A program made the translations under genes and the position numbers. A DNA stretch of 64,000 bases from Chlorokybus atmophyticus. Its lineage: Eukaryota; Plantae; Mesostigma and Chlorokybus algae. The notes under the pieces are model-generated. The model made no database searches. It was not told where the DNA came from and worked only from the letters and a program-made list of their open reading frames with translations. Shown here piece by piece: positions 12,572-26,000 of the stretch. The DNA is taken from assembly GCA_009103225.1 (NCBI GenBank), contig RHPI01000003.1:280900-344899 (forward strand), given 5' to 3'. Within the stretch, counting starts at the first letter, position 1. The number at the start of each line of letters is the position of its first letter.

Positions 12572-14684
12572 TTACGTGAGCGTGCACCTGCCGCCGCCGC
12601 TGGTGCTCGGTCCCGGCGGGCCAGCGGTCGCATGCTGCTGGTTTCCATGAACTTGTGCAGCGCCAGGTCCAACCCCCGCGGCGAGTCCCTTCCCTTCCTG
12701 CAGCGCCGACACCAGGGCGCTCAAGTCACTGCGGTCGCTGCGGCTGCGCGCGCGCTGGATGATGTCCCTGAGGGCGGACAGCGTCTCGCGCGGGTAGGAT
12801 GGTGCGGGGAAGTTGGTCGCCCGTTGGAAGGATGGAGGATGAGCGTCATCGGGGTGCAGGGCGAGAAGAGCCAGGTCGTACGCCCGTGCCGCTCTCTCCG
12901 CAGTATCATATGCACCTGCGCGCACACGAGATGTGCCCACAATGGCTTGATGTGAGACATTGTTTCTCTGCGTGTCACGTCTCCAGAGAGGGGCATTTTG
13001 TATGGACTCTGGACGCACTCTTGCGGCGTATATACTCACTACTCTCACCCAGGTAGAGCGGTGCCGAGGGCGAGGTGGTCGCTTCCTCGAAGTCTTTGCC
13101 ACAGCCCTGTGCCGGCATCAACGACGACAACGACGATAGTGACGAGCTTGATGTTATGCTTGTCGTGGAGGTTGAACCAAGCGGCAGCCTGGCCTCGAAG
13201 CGCGTGGTCCACCTCTGCCGCGTCACCCCGTGGAACGGCAGCAGCAGCGGCTTGGCGGCGGCCGTGCTGATGCTGCTGAAGGTGGATGTGTGGAGTGCGG
13301 GGGCGCTGCCTTCCGAGCGGCTGCGGTGCAGGTGGTGTTGTGGAGATGCTGTGGTGATGTTGGACGTGGACAGCGGCAGGGGTAGGGGGGGGGGGAGGGG
13401 AAGGGGTCCAGTGCCAGGTGCTGCTGTGGTGGTTGGGGCGTCGCGGGTCGCCAGACGCCCGAACAGGGCCTGCCACAACGAGGGCAACCAAAGCCGTTGC
13501 ATGTGCGTGCGCTTTGCGTGCGTGCACGCATGTTTGCACGTGCCTTTGCGTCTGGGTGTGCGTGTGCACGAGCAAGTGCGTCTGTGTATGCATGCGCGTG
13601 CACGCATGCGCGTCTGGATGCATGGGCTTGTAAGTGCGGGTGCATGTCACTTGATGTACACACATACGCGTGCGCTCGGGTGTGTCAGTGTGGCGTGTGT
13701 GCGTGTGATAGCATGCACACAATTGCAGGCTGGATGTCTTGCACGAATGTGTGATAAGCACTGACACCGTGCTTACTTGCACGGGTGGGGCGACGTGCGG
13801 AGCGGTCGGCTGCGGGGCGCGAAGGGGCGAGTGCTGGCTTTGAGGACTGCGGGTGTGCTCATACTGACTGGCCGCTGCAGCACCACTGCCCCTAAGAAGA
13901 ACGTTGTCTTCGAGGCTGTGGCGTCGACTCCGCGTCGCGTGGTCGTGGTGGTGGTGGCTCTCTGTGCAGACGCCCACGGCGCTTGTGGACGAGGCGCGCG
14001 TCATGCGGCCAGGAGGAGTCACATCCGAAGGGGATGGGCCCTGTTCATGTGCACAACACAATCACTCTCAACAATCCACTTCGCTCTCGCTGAGAGACTG
14101 CTGAGACAGGGGCTTTCCCGTGTGTACAACAGGGCACGAGTGTACACACGCACCTGCCATGAGGACAGAAGCGCTCGCATTGCATCAGTAGCGGCAATGT
14201 TGGTCGTGCTGTGGTCATAGCGGTGGCGCTCCCTCATACCGGCGGTCGTGTCCACGTCCATACCGATGTCCTCCATGAGCAGGAGGAAGGGGTCGGAGTC
14301 GGCGGCAGGGGCAGGGGCAGGGGCCGGGTGTCTCATAGCATCACCAAAGCAGCCTGGTGAGGAGGAGGAGGGCGACACCACGATGCGCACAGACTCAGCA
14401 TGCGACTTCTTCTCTCCTCCATCTCTAACGCTGCCTTCCTTCGGGGAGGGGTTGAGGAGGCGCTCCAGGTCCATCTCCAGGTCCAGGTCCGGGTCCAGGC
14501 CAAGGTCCAGGTCCACCAGCATGTCATCATCATCCTCAACGCCACCACGGCAGACACCTGCCCTTGCATCCTCATCCGCACCGGCGATGCCTCCAATGTC
14601 GTCCCACCAGCACGAAGGCGTCGTCGTCGTTGCCGGTGTTGTTATCAGCGGCGGCGGCGGCGCGTCTTGCTGCTGCCGCTGCAT
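12572..14684 (-). CDS. AP2-domain transcription factor (AP2/ANT/WRINKLED-like, single domain), about 4 exons
   Basis: Spliced AP2 domain FHGVTRQRWTTRFEARL-[long insert]-PLYLG|AYDTAERAARAYDLALLALH...TNFPAPSY. Upstream exons join in phase 0 via GT-AG introns. The 3' end may have a short extra exon near 12500. Confidence 0.8.
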
Positions 14685-15118
14685 GGTGCGTCCACGCGGG
14701 CATCAGCCTGGCGGCGGCGGGGACAATCGCATGAGGTGGCGGCGGAGACGGAGCGCATCCCAAGGACTCATGAGCGTGCGCACTAGCAAGCCATGCTCAG
14801 AGCCAGCAGCAGCAGCAGCAGCGGTGAGGCACTCGAGGGGAGAGAGTGGTGTGGCGTTCGGATTGACGTTCAATGCTGTGGGCGGGGGGGGGGGGGGCAG
14901 GTGATGACGGTGCCGCCTGTCCGGACTCCCCCTCCAGCCTGGCCTGTCCGTGTGGTGCCGTGCGACCCCCCCCCCCCCCCCCATGATGACCTTTCGGACT
15001 GGGCCACACGGAGCAAGGGCAGGCGCAGAGGGGCGCGTGCGCTGTGATGGGACAGATGAAAACGTGCTAGTCGTTGTGTGTACGCATGCGTGGCCGCAGC
15101 CGGGGCTAGCGCGCGCGC

Positions 15119-15139
15119 ACACACACACACACACACACA
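15119..15139. repeat. (CA)n microsatellite
   Basis: Direct dinucleotide run. Confidence 0.95.
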
Positions 15140-15300
15140 GAGTAGCGTGTTGGGTAGTGAATGGATCCGGCGGTTAACTTGACAATAGTGTGATTGGTAT
15201 CTGCTGTCTCACTCTGCATGCTACTGACTGTGCATGCCACTATGCATGTGCATTTCCGTTTCACATTGCGCACGCACCCACCCATACGCACACCCACACC

Positions 15301-15303
<3 letters not shown>

Positions 15304-15386
<83 letters not shown>

Positions 15387-15463
15387 NNNNNNNNNNNNNN
15401 NNNNNNNNNNNNNNNNNNNNNNNNNNNNNGAGAGAGAGAGGGGGGGGGGGGGGGGAGGGGGGC
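15304..15463. repeat. (GA)n microsatellite spanning an assembly gap (N 15387-15429), followed by a G-run
   Basis: Direct sequence. Confidence 0.95.
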
Positions 15464-16064
15464 AGGCATGTCCCCTGGTCCATCTCTACTGAAATAAGAG
15501 ATCGTTTGCTACATTAGTAACATGCATGGTGAGTCAGACATGCCACACAAGCAACACGACATCAGCCATGTGTGCACAGGCACATATTCATGGCCAGCGG
15601 AGCTGCTTCTGGTCCTAGGTCATTGAGCTAGACATGCCAAAGCAACGGATTTGCGCTGCAGACAGAAGAGAGAAATGCGCACAACCTTTTGGCCAATGCG
15701 TATGGTGCATTGCGCAAGCTGCTGTTGCTGGACATGTCACGTATGTGGATCTTTAACATCACAGGCGCAGGTAATCACCGCCAGTCGCCAACAGTGACTA
15801 CGCACTGCACTGAGAACATGTGCGAGCTCTGTTATAAAACACTGCACTGCGACAAGACAGCAGCCTGCTGTGACAACACTCCTGATATCCCAAGTGTGTC
15901 GCACAGTCAATGACACCAAGACTGCACTTGCCAACACAGATTAGGCATGCCTGTGACAACTAAACAGGCCCCGCAACAAAGCAGCCTACACAATCCTTGT
16001 TATTGAGGATTCGCTATGAATCAAGTGCAGACTAGCAGCTGTGACCCCATGTTGTGTTACATGC

Positions 16065-17720
16065 TTAAACATTGGCAGCTCCGCGTGGGGCCGTGGGCGC
16101 TCCCAGGAAGGAGAGGAAGCCACCACCGGTAGTATTCTGCACGGCAGACACTGGGATGAGTTCACCACAACACAAACAGTGTATGTGACCATGACATGTG
16201 CGCGCAATATGAACCCGTGTGCCATGACACGAATGTACTGGTGCAAGGGCTTCTGTTTGCGCTAAAGTACTAAGTACCAAAACTCATATTGGCCCGCAAG
16301 CAAGCCGAATGCGCCATGGAAGTTGATGTTTGACAAGCAAACAACAGACGCATCCGGCCCAAGGCGGGCCCTTCTCACAGTAGCAATAGACATTGTGACT
16401 TAGTTTGTAAGACAATGCTCTGATGTACTTAGAGACAGATTCATGGCCATATGCCCCACTCACCGGAGCCTCGTCAAGGAATAGGTCGTCGGGAACCCTG
16501 AAGGCACCATGCAGCACAATCCCTGCCCAGCAGACAAGCCCAAAGTGTCAGATGTTGCTGATATATTGCACATGGTGTGCAAAGGCACAAACCGCACACA
16601 CTGACCTGCCACGCCGAGTCCTACGGCCATGAATAGTACACTTCCAAGCGATGTGAGGAAGAAGACGACGACTGCAGTGATGCCGGCCATGCCCAGCAGC
16701 TTCTCGCGCTCGGAGAATGTGCGCCCGCCAATAACAAGCGGGTCTTGACGCACCACAAACAGGTAGCCCCACGCCGCCAGCAGGAACGCCGCAATCAACA
16801 GCGATGTCGGATTCATCACCCTGGCACAAAAAATACACGTCATCGCATGACACATGTTCGAACTGAGATGTTACTACAGCAGGTTGCAAGCAAAGAGGCT
16901 CACATAACGAGCATGACTGTGGCGATGAGGAAGATGCTGTAGTTCACCCTGAAGTACGCCACATTCCGCTTCACTCGGCTCGTGGCCTACGCAAGATGCG
17001 CCGCTTGTCACATTGCTCGCATTGTTGTTGCTTGGCAAGTTTAGCAACAAGCGTTGAACATCGCAACACATGTTGCAACCACTACTTGGTTCGCATTGCA
17101 TGATCATTGCATAACAAACGCGACAACATGCACACTGGTAACATACAAAGCAGCAACCAATTGTTTGTGTTTTCAGCCTACCACAACTTGCTGCTGAAGC
17201 TTGCATGACACGACACGACACGACACGACATGACATGACATGACATGACAGTCGTGAAGGGGCAAGGACGACCACTGGCTCATGCCAATATGTAATGTGA
17301 TGGCAAGGCTTTGACGCATTGCGGACACAAGCCGTGCCTGTACAAACTGCAACTTTGTGCCAAGGCGAAAGGCACAAAGTTCATTGTAAGCGACTGACCT
17401 CAGCGAGGTTGCCTGCGCGGGAGAACGACGTCCTGTCCACCATCTCAGTCCATGGCCGCCTCTGCATACAACACCAACCATACGGAGCAAAGGCATTAGA
17501 GAAACGATGGCCTACAGAGACAATGACGGCATTCAAACATTACAAAGCAATTGCGATGGACACGGACAATCACCTGAGAGAGGATAAGTTTCGAGGCATC
17601 GGAGACGCGGCCAAGAACGCCCGACCAGGCCGACGAGGCGGGGGCAACGGCGGTGCTTCCGCCGCCTGCCGCCGCTGCTCCGCCCCCGCCTGCCGGCGGG
17701 GCGGTGGACCCCGAGGACAT
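16065..17720 (-). CDS. PRA1: PRA1-family prenylated Rab acceptor (multi-exon)
   Basis: Exons give RRPWTEMVDRTSFSRA, ATSRVKRNVAYFRVNY, hydrophobic segments, GGRTFSEREKL, LHGAFRVPDDLFLDE and last exon NTTGGGFLSFLGAPTAPRGAANV*. First in-frame ATG is at 17720. Confidence 0.88.
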
Positions 17721-18204
17721 GGCTTGGATTTTGCCTGTAGCCTCTCCTTTGACGGGAGGCAGGAGAGGGGCACTCTCGACGTCCGAGGGCGCCGCCGCCT
17801 GTGCGGCGGGCTCTCCCTGCCCCCCTCCTTCCACTGCCAACGGTGCGGCAGCCGGAGGCTGCTGGCGGTTCTCCTTGCCCTCCTCCACCGCCTGCACCTG
17901 GGCCACCTCAGACGCCAGCTTGAGTACCTCCGCACCACCAAACGCCCTCCACTCGGCTTCTCCTCCGCCTCCTCCACGGCTGCCACCCCCGCCGTTGCTC
18001 GCTCAGCGTTGTTATGACATCTGGCAGCCAGGCCAGACCATAAATACAAATCGCCTCTCACGCCCCGATCGCAGCACTATAGACAGTCCCCGTGCACGGT
18101 GCGTGTTCGGTATTAGCATACCACATCGCCAACGCGAACAAACTCAATTTACTTCAGCAGTGCGCATCTGCCTGGCGGAGGTGCTGGCGGAGGCGGAGGC
18201 GGCC

Positions 18205-19195
18205 ATGTCTGGGCGGGCGCTGCTGCAGAGGGCGGCGGGGGGCCTGAAGAGGGCCACCGCCCCCTCATCGACTCTCCAGCGCCGGGGGTTCGCCTCAAAG
18301 CACGACCATGAGGCCGAGATTGCCGAAATGGACAAGTGGCGCAAGGTGGGCTCGTGGGTGTCGACGAGAGTGAGATCCGAGTGTTGTTGATTGAGAAGAT
18401 ACACAAGGCCCGGTGTTGGCCACCCCCATTGTTTGCATATGTGCACAGACTACTCGGTCACGTGTACGGTGTGCGTGCATTCACTGCAATGTGTGTCGCC
18501 AGAGCCCCTGTTAGGGTTTTTATGGCTTGCCTATGTGTGCATGTGGCGAACATGGGCTTAGAGCTGTTTGAACTGACGTGGGGCTGTGTGTAGTTAACGT
18601 ATGTGGGCGTGGTTGTGACTTCCATTTACATGGTGTACACGCTCGGCTTCAACCAGGAGCACCACGGCGAGCATGGGAAGCCGGTAAGACACATTGCGGG
18701 CATTCCTGGCAGTACGAAATTCTAGCACTGCTACGTGTGTACCCATCAGTTGACTCCTACAAGCATATGTGCAGTTTGTTTTGCCAGCACGCAAGAGCAT
18801 GCTTGCATTGGCTTAGCAGAAACATGTGCTGCATTCTGACAGTTGCAATCTGTGTAGCAACCCTGGTTGTCGTCCGCGTGTGCATTACATTTTGAATTGT
18901 ACATGGCCACGCTTAATATTGTTGGGTGTGTGACGTTGTGATGTGTGTGTTTGCGCAGAAGTACCCATACCTGCACATCCGCAACAAGGCCTTCCCTTGG
19001 GGTAAGTTGTCCAGTCTCGTGCACTCCGCAAACGTCAGGCTTTTGGTGTTGCTGTTGCCCCAGGAGAGACGCAATATGTTGCCTCCTCTCTTAGCAGTTT
19101 TCACCTCGCGGCTGTTGCGGGTGCAAACACAAGTTGCTGACTGGTTTCGTGCAGGCCCGTGCGGGTTGTTTGAGACCCATTGCGAGGAGGCCTAA
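18205..19195 (+). CDS. COX6A: Cytochrome c oxidase subunit 6a (4 exons)
   Basis: Presequence MSGRALLQRAAGGLKR...GFAS, then HEAEIAEMDKWRK | TM segment ...HHGEHGKP | KYPYLHIRNKAFPWG | PCGLFETHCEEA*. The YPYLHIRNKxFPWG signature is characteristic. Confidence 0.92.
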
Positions 19196-20926
19196 GGTTA
19201 ATGCTTGATCATGGATGGAAGCGTTATGTCGTTGTGGTTTACATACACAGGTGTAGTCTGACAACGGTACCCAGCATTTGCCATTGCTGGCGTGGTTGAT
19301 GCGCCAAGTACCATTGACAGGTGTACCCTTAGCGTACAGACATGAAGCAAGCTAGACACAACTGTGGTCTCGCTCATTGCAACAGCGTGTGCTTTGGGAA
19401 TTGGCTTCAGAGTGACAACTGGGGGATTGGGATATCTTGATCACTGTGTTGTGCCTGCTGTGTGGGAGTGTCTACTGGCGGTGTTTTGCATGCAACTCAG
19501 TGTTTAACTTGCCTCAGAATACTGGGTTGCCATACATCAACACATTGTGTTGCTGTTGGGTGGCTGTAATTACTTCCGTTGCCTTTGTTGCTGTTGTGCT
19601 ATTCTTCACCTCCATATTATACCCTATATATATAGTGTGTTTGCACACTACAAGGGTGTTTACATTAACACCCCCCCTTGGTTTGAATCTGTCATATGAA
19701 CTCGTGTTACACGTTGCAAGTGGGGGATTGAGGTTGGAAGCGTGCGAGGTACAAGCCCGTTGGCGGCCACAGTAGCATTGCCCTCTTTCGGCAGTTGCTA
19801 ACTGTGGCGCTGTCATACAGATGATGGGTTGGTTGGAGGGAAGCTGTTAGCACCCCTCTGGTGCATTGAAGCTAGCAAGGGTCTGGGCCAATCCTTAAGG
19901 CTATGCTGTTTGCTTGCTTGCTTCTTATCTATTGGTTTGTTTGCCGCATGACTGAGCACGTGTGCTTGAAGCACTGCATTTTTTCAATATAGGTAAGACT
20001 ATATGTATACCCTCGCATGATTGCACACGTCACATGTAGAGCCGTGTGATATTTTGCAGTCCAAAGCTGTTCCACACTTATATCATACTCAGATAACGGT
20101 AATGCATTTCGCAAGCAACGAAATTATTAAGAGCAAGAGGTTGCGTTATCAAGTGCGTTACCATACTCATTGTATTACGCGGCTGCATGGTATGAGAAGT
20201 GTAAGTAATTGTTGTTGCGTTCACCCCAAGTACATGAAGTATAAAAAACACATAAAATTCATATATGTATACCTTATGCCATGATGTGTATATGTGTATA
20301 CATATAAGACTTTTCACGATGACTTGCACAAAGTACATTTTAATTTATACATTAATCAATTTTATGTGTCTCGATTGATCAATGCAACACACGTGAAATT
20401 ATTATTATTATTACCGGCACACATTATTGCATTATGCCATCCTTGTATCCGAAATCGATTGACTTGCGAGCAACAACAAAAGCAATAAATGATGAAAAAG
20501 CAATCAAATGAGCAATTGCATAATGGAAGTTACCTCATGAAACCATCACCATATGGTGGACCACAGTACACTGTACCGGCGCTTCAAGGCAAAGCTTCCA
20601 TGCCCGTCAGGAACTTCCAGGTCTGAATCCAGGTGTGCCCCCCTCCTACGGGCGACGACGGCAACCCAGTGTGGGCCGCGGATCTCCAACCAATCGGAGC
20701 AGAGACTTATCCTCATCCACTTTCGCGCGACAACACCCCCCTCGCTCACCACACCACCAGCCAGTGATCGCTCTAGCTGTGTCCACGCCGGCAATCTCGC
20801 CTCCGGAGGGGGGGTCGGACACCAGCCTAGGCTCTCTGCGCGTCTGGTCGGGGTTGTGCTTGACGCCGTACTCCTCGTTGCCGCCGCCGTCATCCTCGTT
20901 GCCGGAGTCGTTCCGATCGCGCAGCA

Positions 20927-22087
20927 ATGGCCGCCGTCGCTACCTCCGCCGTGGTGTGCTCCGTTGCGCGGCCGGTCGCCGCACCAAAGCGCAGCTTCAA
21001 TGGCGCGCCTGTCGGTGAGGGGCATTGGGTGTTGCACGGAGAAGCCTGTGGCATTGTGTTCAGTCTTGTGTCACCTTCTGTCCAAGTATCATCATCATAC
21101 TGTTGAAGAGGGGCCTGGCGTGCGTTTGTAGCTGCACGAGTGGAGCGTTGATCAGCGGGGCCTAACTTGCACACTGAGTGGGAGGGGAACTTAAAGACCT
21201 GCATGCCACACCCTTCATCACCCCACATTTGCAGTCAGCGGTGCTGTTGGTTATAATGTGCTGGTTGTCAAGAAATCGGTAGACTGCCTCCTTTCAGACT
21301 ATCAAGGGCTGCTGCTACCGTGCTTAGACACCTCAAGCTACACAACGATTGCAGACACAGGCTTGATCTCGTGTTGGATTCTTTGGATCAACTGTTATTG
21401 GCAGCAACGTCACCATAGTTCGCTTGGGGTTTAATAGCTGGTACAATCTGTGCCTCGTACAACGTTGCATATCGCGTGGTGGTGGTGCTGCGTATCTGTA
21501 CGCCAACCACTGCTCTGTTCATGCCTGCTGTTGGTCATCGTGTGAATGAGTGGTTGTGCACAGCATTTCATGAGCTCTGACGAATGTCTTTGCCTGTACG
21601 CAAATCTGATCATGGTAGCTGCTGCCCCTCTCTGACACTTTCGTGCCTTGTGTGTTTCAGCACGCAAGTCAGCGGCGGCCCCGTCTCTCCCTTCTCGCCG
21701 CGCTGTTGTCATGAGGTGAGACTTTTGGCGCTTGAAGCGCGTGCAGTAGTGTCCGCGGGAATGAGTAATGAGCCATGCGTTGGATTGTCGGAGTGTCGGA
21801 CCTTGAAACAGTTATCGTGTGGGTTTATGAGCACAAACACCAAATCACTGACATGCTTAATTGTATCTTGCAGCGCTGACAAGAAGGTTGCCGCCCCCGC
21901 TCTGACCGCCGCCTCCCTGGCTATCATGACCGCGCTTCCCGACATTGCCATGGCAGTCGAGCAGCCCGGAGTGACACCATCACTGAAGAACCTGCTGTTC
22001 TCCGTGCTCGCCGGCGGGACCGTCCTGGGCCTCATTGCTGTGGCGGTTGCCGGCGTGTCATCTTTCGATCAGGTCAAGCGCCGGTAG
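20927..22087 (+). CDS. PSBX: Photosystem II subunit X precursor (3 exons)
   Basis: Bipartite transit peptide (MAAVATSAVVCSVARP...ARKSAAAPSLPSRRAVVMSADKK...PDIAMA), then mature GVTPSLKNLLFSVLAGGTVLGLIAVAVAGVSSFDQVKR. Exons 20927-21014, 21661-21715 and 21874-22087. Confidence 0.92.
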
Positions 22088-23075
22088 AACATCCTTTAGA
22101 CACGCTGTAACTGTTAGCTACCCAACTATGACTATGTTGTGACACACTTTGTTGTGACACACTATGTTGTGACACAATCATGAACTCGGATACATGCTTC
22201 TGGCAGTTGATATTGTTCTGTTTGCTTGCACTTGTGCAGGAGACACCTACCTGTCTGAAAAACAATGTGCAATTGCCCATGGATGGAAATTTGATATGTG
22301 ATGCACAAAGATGTGACATGCGTAAGTGTGATACATGCAACGCAAGCAACTCACCACACCATCAAGTACTTGCATTCACACCATCAGGGTGCCAACCTAC
22401 TCACCACACGTGCACGTGTAAGTGTACCTGCAGGCCATGGTGTGTTTGCAAATAGAATCGCACAAGGCTTACCAGGTGCACTTGCTATTTCTGAATGAAA
22501 GGTTGGGGCTTGCTAAAAACAGATACCATCATCTCACTGATACGAGCCATCTCTTGCTTCTACTTGACTTGCAGTCGTACGCGTAGATAAGTGCACGCGA
22601 ATGTACCACCAAAAAGCCTACGTAGCGCGTGCACGTAAATATTTCGCACTTTGTCAGTACAAGGGCGTGCATCGCACACAAGTCCCAATGGCAACATGTT
22701 GACCAACCGATGAAATGTACCGCAATGTACAGTTAGGCCAGCACAACTGATGTGCTGGCCCAATCCTGCCATCTAAGACGCACATGCTGCATCGCGCTGA
22801 TGTAGAAGTGTCAGCCTCTAGTTCATCAGTACAACATCACATTTGGTCCAAAAACTGATACATGACACCTACAATTTGCAGCTAAGACTCTACACAAAAA
22901 CGAGTCTGTCTAGCCTGTATGTACCAGTAATACCTGTACCCACAACAAACCCATGCCGTAATTTGCCTTCGTCAAGCACTTCCCCTTCAACACCAAACGA
23001 GCTCAACTTGTCCAGAAACTGCATTTCGATGTTTATCATGACACGCAATTGCCTGCCCCGAGACACATATCCCCT

Positions 23076-26000
23076 TCAGCGTGAGGCAGCAGTGAGTTGC
23101 GATTGGACGCGCTGGCCTGCGGAGGCGATGTGTGGTTTTGGCACATAGAAGTGTGCTTTGGCGTAGGCGAGCCAGTCCTCGCGCGAGCGCACATCCGCAT
23201 CATCGGGGCGATATCCGAGTCCTGCGTCGACAATGAAGTCGGCGGTGCGCGCGATGACCTCCTCCGACACGCGCTGGATGTCCGAGAAAGGCGGGAACAG
23301 CTTCCCGCGCTCGAGGTCGGCCTCGGGCGTGAGCTCCGCCAGCGCCTCTGCTGCGTTGAGGAATACCTCGTCGGTGATCTGCATGCAACGAGTCAAAACC
23401 GCCGCGTGACCGATACCAGGGAAGATATCTGCCACGCCAGTTTGTCAAGGAAGAGTACATCACACTGACACATGAATTGACATGCGCATGCACGCACACC
23501 CACCCACACACTCGCGCACGAGCAAGCACACGCAACAATGTTGCAATGGTACAAGTGCGGGGCAGTGACAGAATGGGTGGATACAGGCATTGTTGGCTTG
23601 TGCTGGATAGTATGTCTTTCCGTCCTTGATGAGAGGGGGGAACGGCGACCCGGACGCAAACACCACCTTACCATTGGTCCACTCAAACGCCTCCTGAGAA
23701 CAGCCAATCGAGTTTGAACACGGAGATTCCTGAACAGGATTCGATGAGATGAGCGTGTCAGCCCCACCTCGAATGTGCACTCGCTCTTGCTTGTTGGGTT
23801 GGACAGCGGGAAGATGATGGGGCGCTCGTTGATGGCGGCCATGGCCTGCACCACCTCCTTGGTGAAGGCGCGCGGCTGGGCAGACACACCGATGAGCGCC
23901 GTCGGCTTCAGGCTCTTCACCGCAGACAGCAGGTCTTTCTCGAAAGGCACGTCGTGCGCAAAAGGCAGCTTGTGCGCCTGTTGTAAGGGAGGTGTACATG
24001 TCACCGACACAAGAACAACCCAACATGCATCAGCACGCGCGTGCACACATACAATGCGTGCCGTACCTGCATGTGGTCTCCCTCTTCATTGGCGCGAGCC
24101 TTGTTGATGAGTCCCTTGCTGTCTAGGAAGAAGCATCTGGCGAGTGCGTCAGCCTCATCTACGCCGGCGCGGTCTCTCAGGGCCAGCGCGAGCAGGTGTG
24201 CGATGCCCGTGCCTGCCTCTCCCGCCCCAAGGAACAGAAACTTCTGCTGTTGGAGTGACGCGACACCTTGCACGCGCAGTGCAGACAACACGCCCGCGAC
24301 AACTATGCACGCGGTGCCCTGTATGTCGTCGTTGAAGCAGCAGAGACGCGGTCGGTAGCGCTCGAGTAGGCGGAAGGCGTTGACGTTGCCAAAGTCCTCG
24401 AACTGGAGGAGCATGTGGGGTTGCCACTCCTTGAGCGCAGATATGAACTCCTCAACAAAGGCGTCGTACTCCTCACCACGCACGCGCTCCTGCTTGATAC
24501 CGATGTAGCTCTCATCTTCGAGCAACGATCTGTTGTTGGTCCCCACATCGATGCACACGGGGAGACACCACTCGGGGGGCACGCCCGCCAACACGGTATA
24601 CAATAATATCTTCCCCTCTGATATGCCCATGCCGTTGGCGCCGAGGTCACCCAACCCGAGGATGCGCTCCCCGTCAGTGACCACAATAACACGCACGGCG
24701 GCGTTGGGAGGGCGGGACGCGCGCAGGCGATTGAGGACGTGGCCCTTGTCGCGTGTAATGGTCAGGAACACGCCCGTCGTGCGGAGACGCAGCTCGCTGT
24801 AGCGCTGGCACACCTCGCCCACCGTCGGGGTGTACACGAAGGGCAGAAGCTCCTCAGCGTGAAGACGCAGCAGCGCAAAGAACACCTCGCTCTCCACAGT
24901 CTGGACAAAGGTTGAGAGTTGCACGTTGGACATGCACACGCACACGCAAGCGCAACCATACACCCTCCTGCTGCTTGCCTGGAGGTTGCGCAAGTACAGG
25001 AACTTCTGTATGGGCGTGATCATTTTCCTTAGGCCGTTCATCTCCGCCTGCACGCGCTCCCAAAACTCCTTCTCCTCCTTCGTCTTTGCCTGTGGCAGAA
25101 AAGTGAACCATACATGCACAACTACCCAACACAAACGCCCGATTGCACACGAGAACGGCCAAAAAGCCACGCACTCACCTCCGGCACAGCCACGACGGCT
25201 GCCTCGGGCGCACCCTCCGCCCCTTTCTCCTGCCGCTGCTCCATTTTGGATGGTATCGTCGGCGGCTGCCACATGCGTTGTCTCACAAACTCCGTCCAAT
25301 CCTGGAGACTCCTCTCCTCCTCTCTATCTTTATTATCCACGTCCGACGCGCCCATCCCCGCGAGGAACTCCGCTATGGACGCTATGAGCGGGACGGCGAG
25401 TTCGTTTAGTGTTGAGAGGGGTGGGAGAAGCATCCCCGCGGCGAGGTCCTCCTCGGCAACGTGTTCGGCGAGTACTTGAGACCCGAGCACGAACGCCTCT
25501 TGCGGGAGGAGTCTCGCCTTCGAGAATAAGGCTGCGGCGCCGATGAAAGGGAATAGGTAGCAGTCGTTGAGGAATGTTGGGCACTTGATGGTCCCGTCGT
25601 CGGCCAACTCGGGTAGACTCGGGCTACCCGACGCGTAAACCACTCTCCCGTCCGTCCACTCGTACGCCTTTCTGAAGGACACTTCCTCCAACTCGGTGGG
25701 TGCGCTGAGTGCGAACACGATCGGGCGTGGAGTAATACCCAACATCTCATCAAACACCTCCTTGCTGAATGCGCCCGTCTTGCCCGACGTGCCGATGAGT
25801 ACTGTTGGGCGTACGGCGCGTACAGCCGATAAGAGGTCTGTGGCCAACGTGGCGACGTCGTGGGCGTACGGACGCTTGTGCGCGAGGAGGTCGGGCTCTG
25901 ACTCGAGACGGGCGTGTGTAACCAAACCGTGCGTGTCGAACATGTAGCAAACGCGGCGGGCGTCCACGGGATCGAGACCGTTCTGAGACACAAGCGCCTG

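Noticed and set aside
14703-15134. Upstream ORF as the true N-terminus of the AP2 factor
   Set aside because: An in-frame TGA precedes ATG 14684, and long G/C homopolymers plus the nearby gap make frames unreliable.
15387-15429. Poly-X or repetitive ORFs across the gap
   Set aside because: Artefacts of the (GA)n microsatellite and assembly Ns.
20546-20926. ORFs on both strands upstream of PSBX
   Set aside because: Better explained as GC-rich promoter or 5' UTR; no motifs.
23076-23100. Peroxisomal targeting signal on the malic enzyme
   Set aside because: The C-terminus ASR does not fit the PTS1 consensus.
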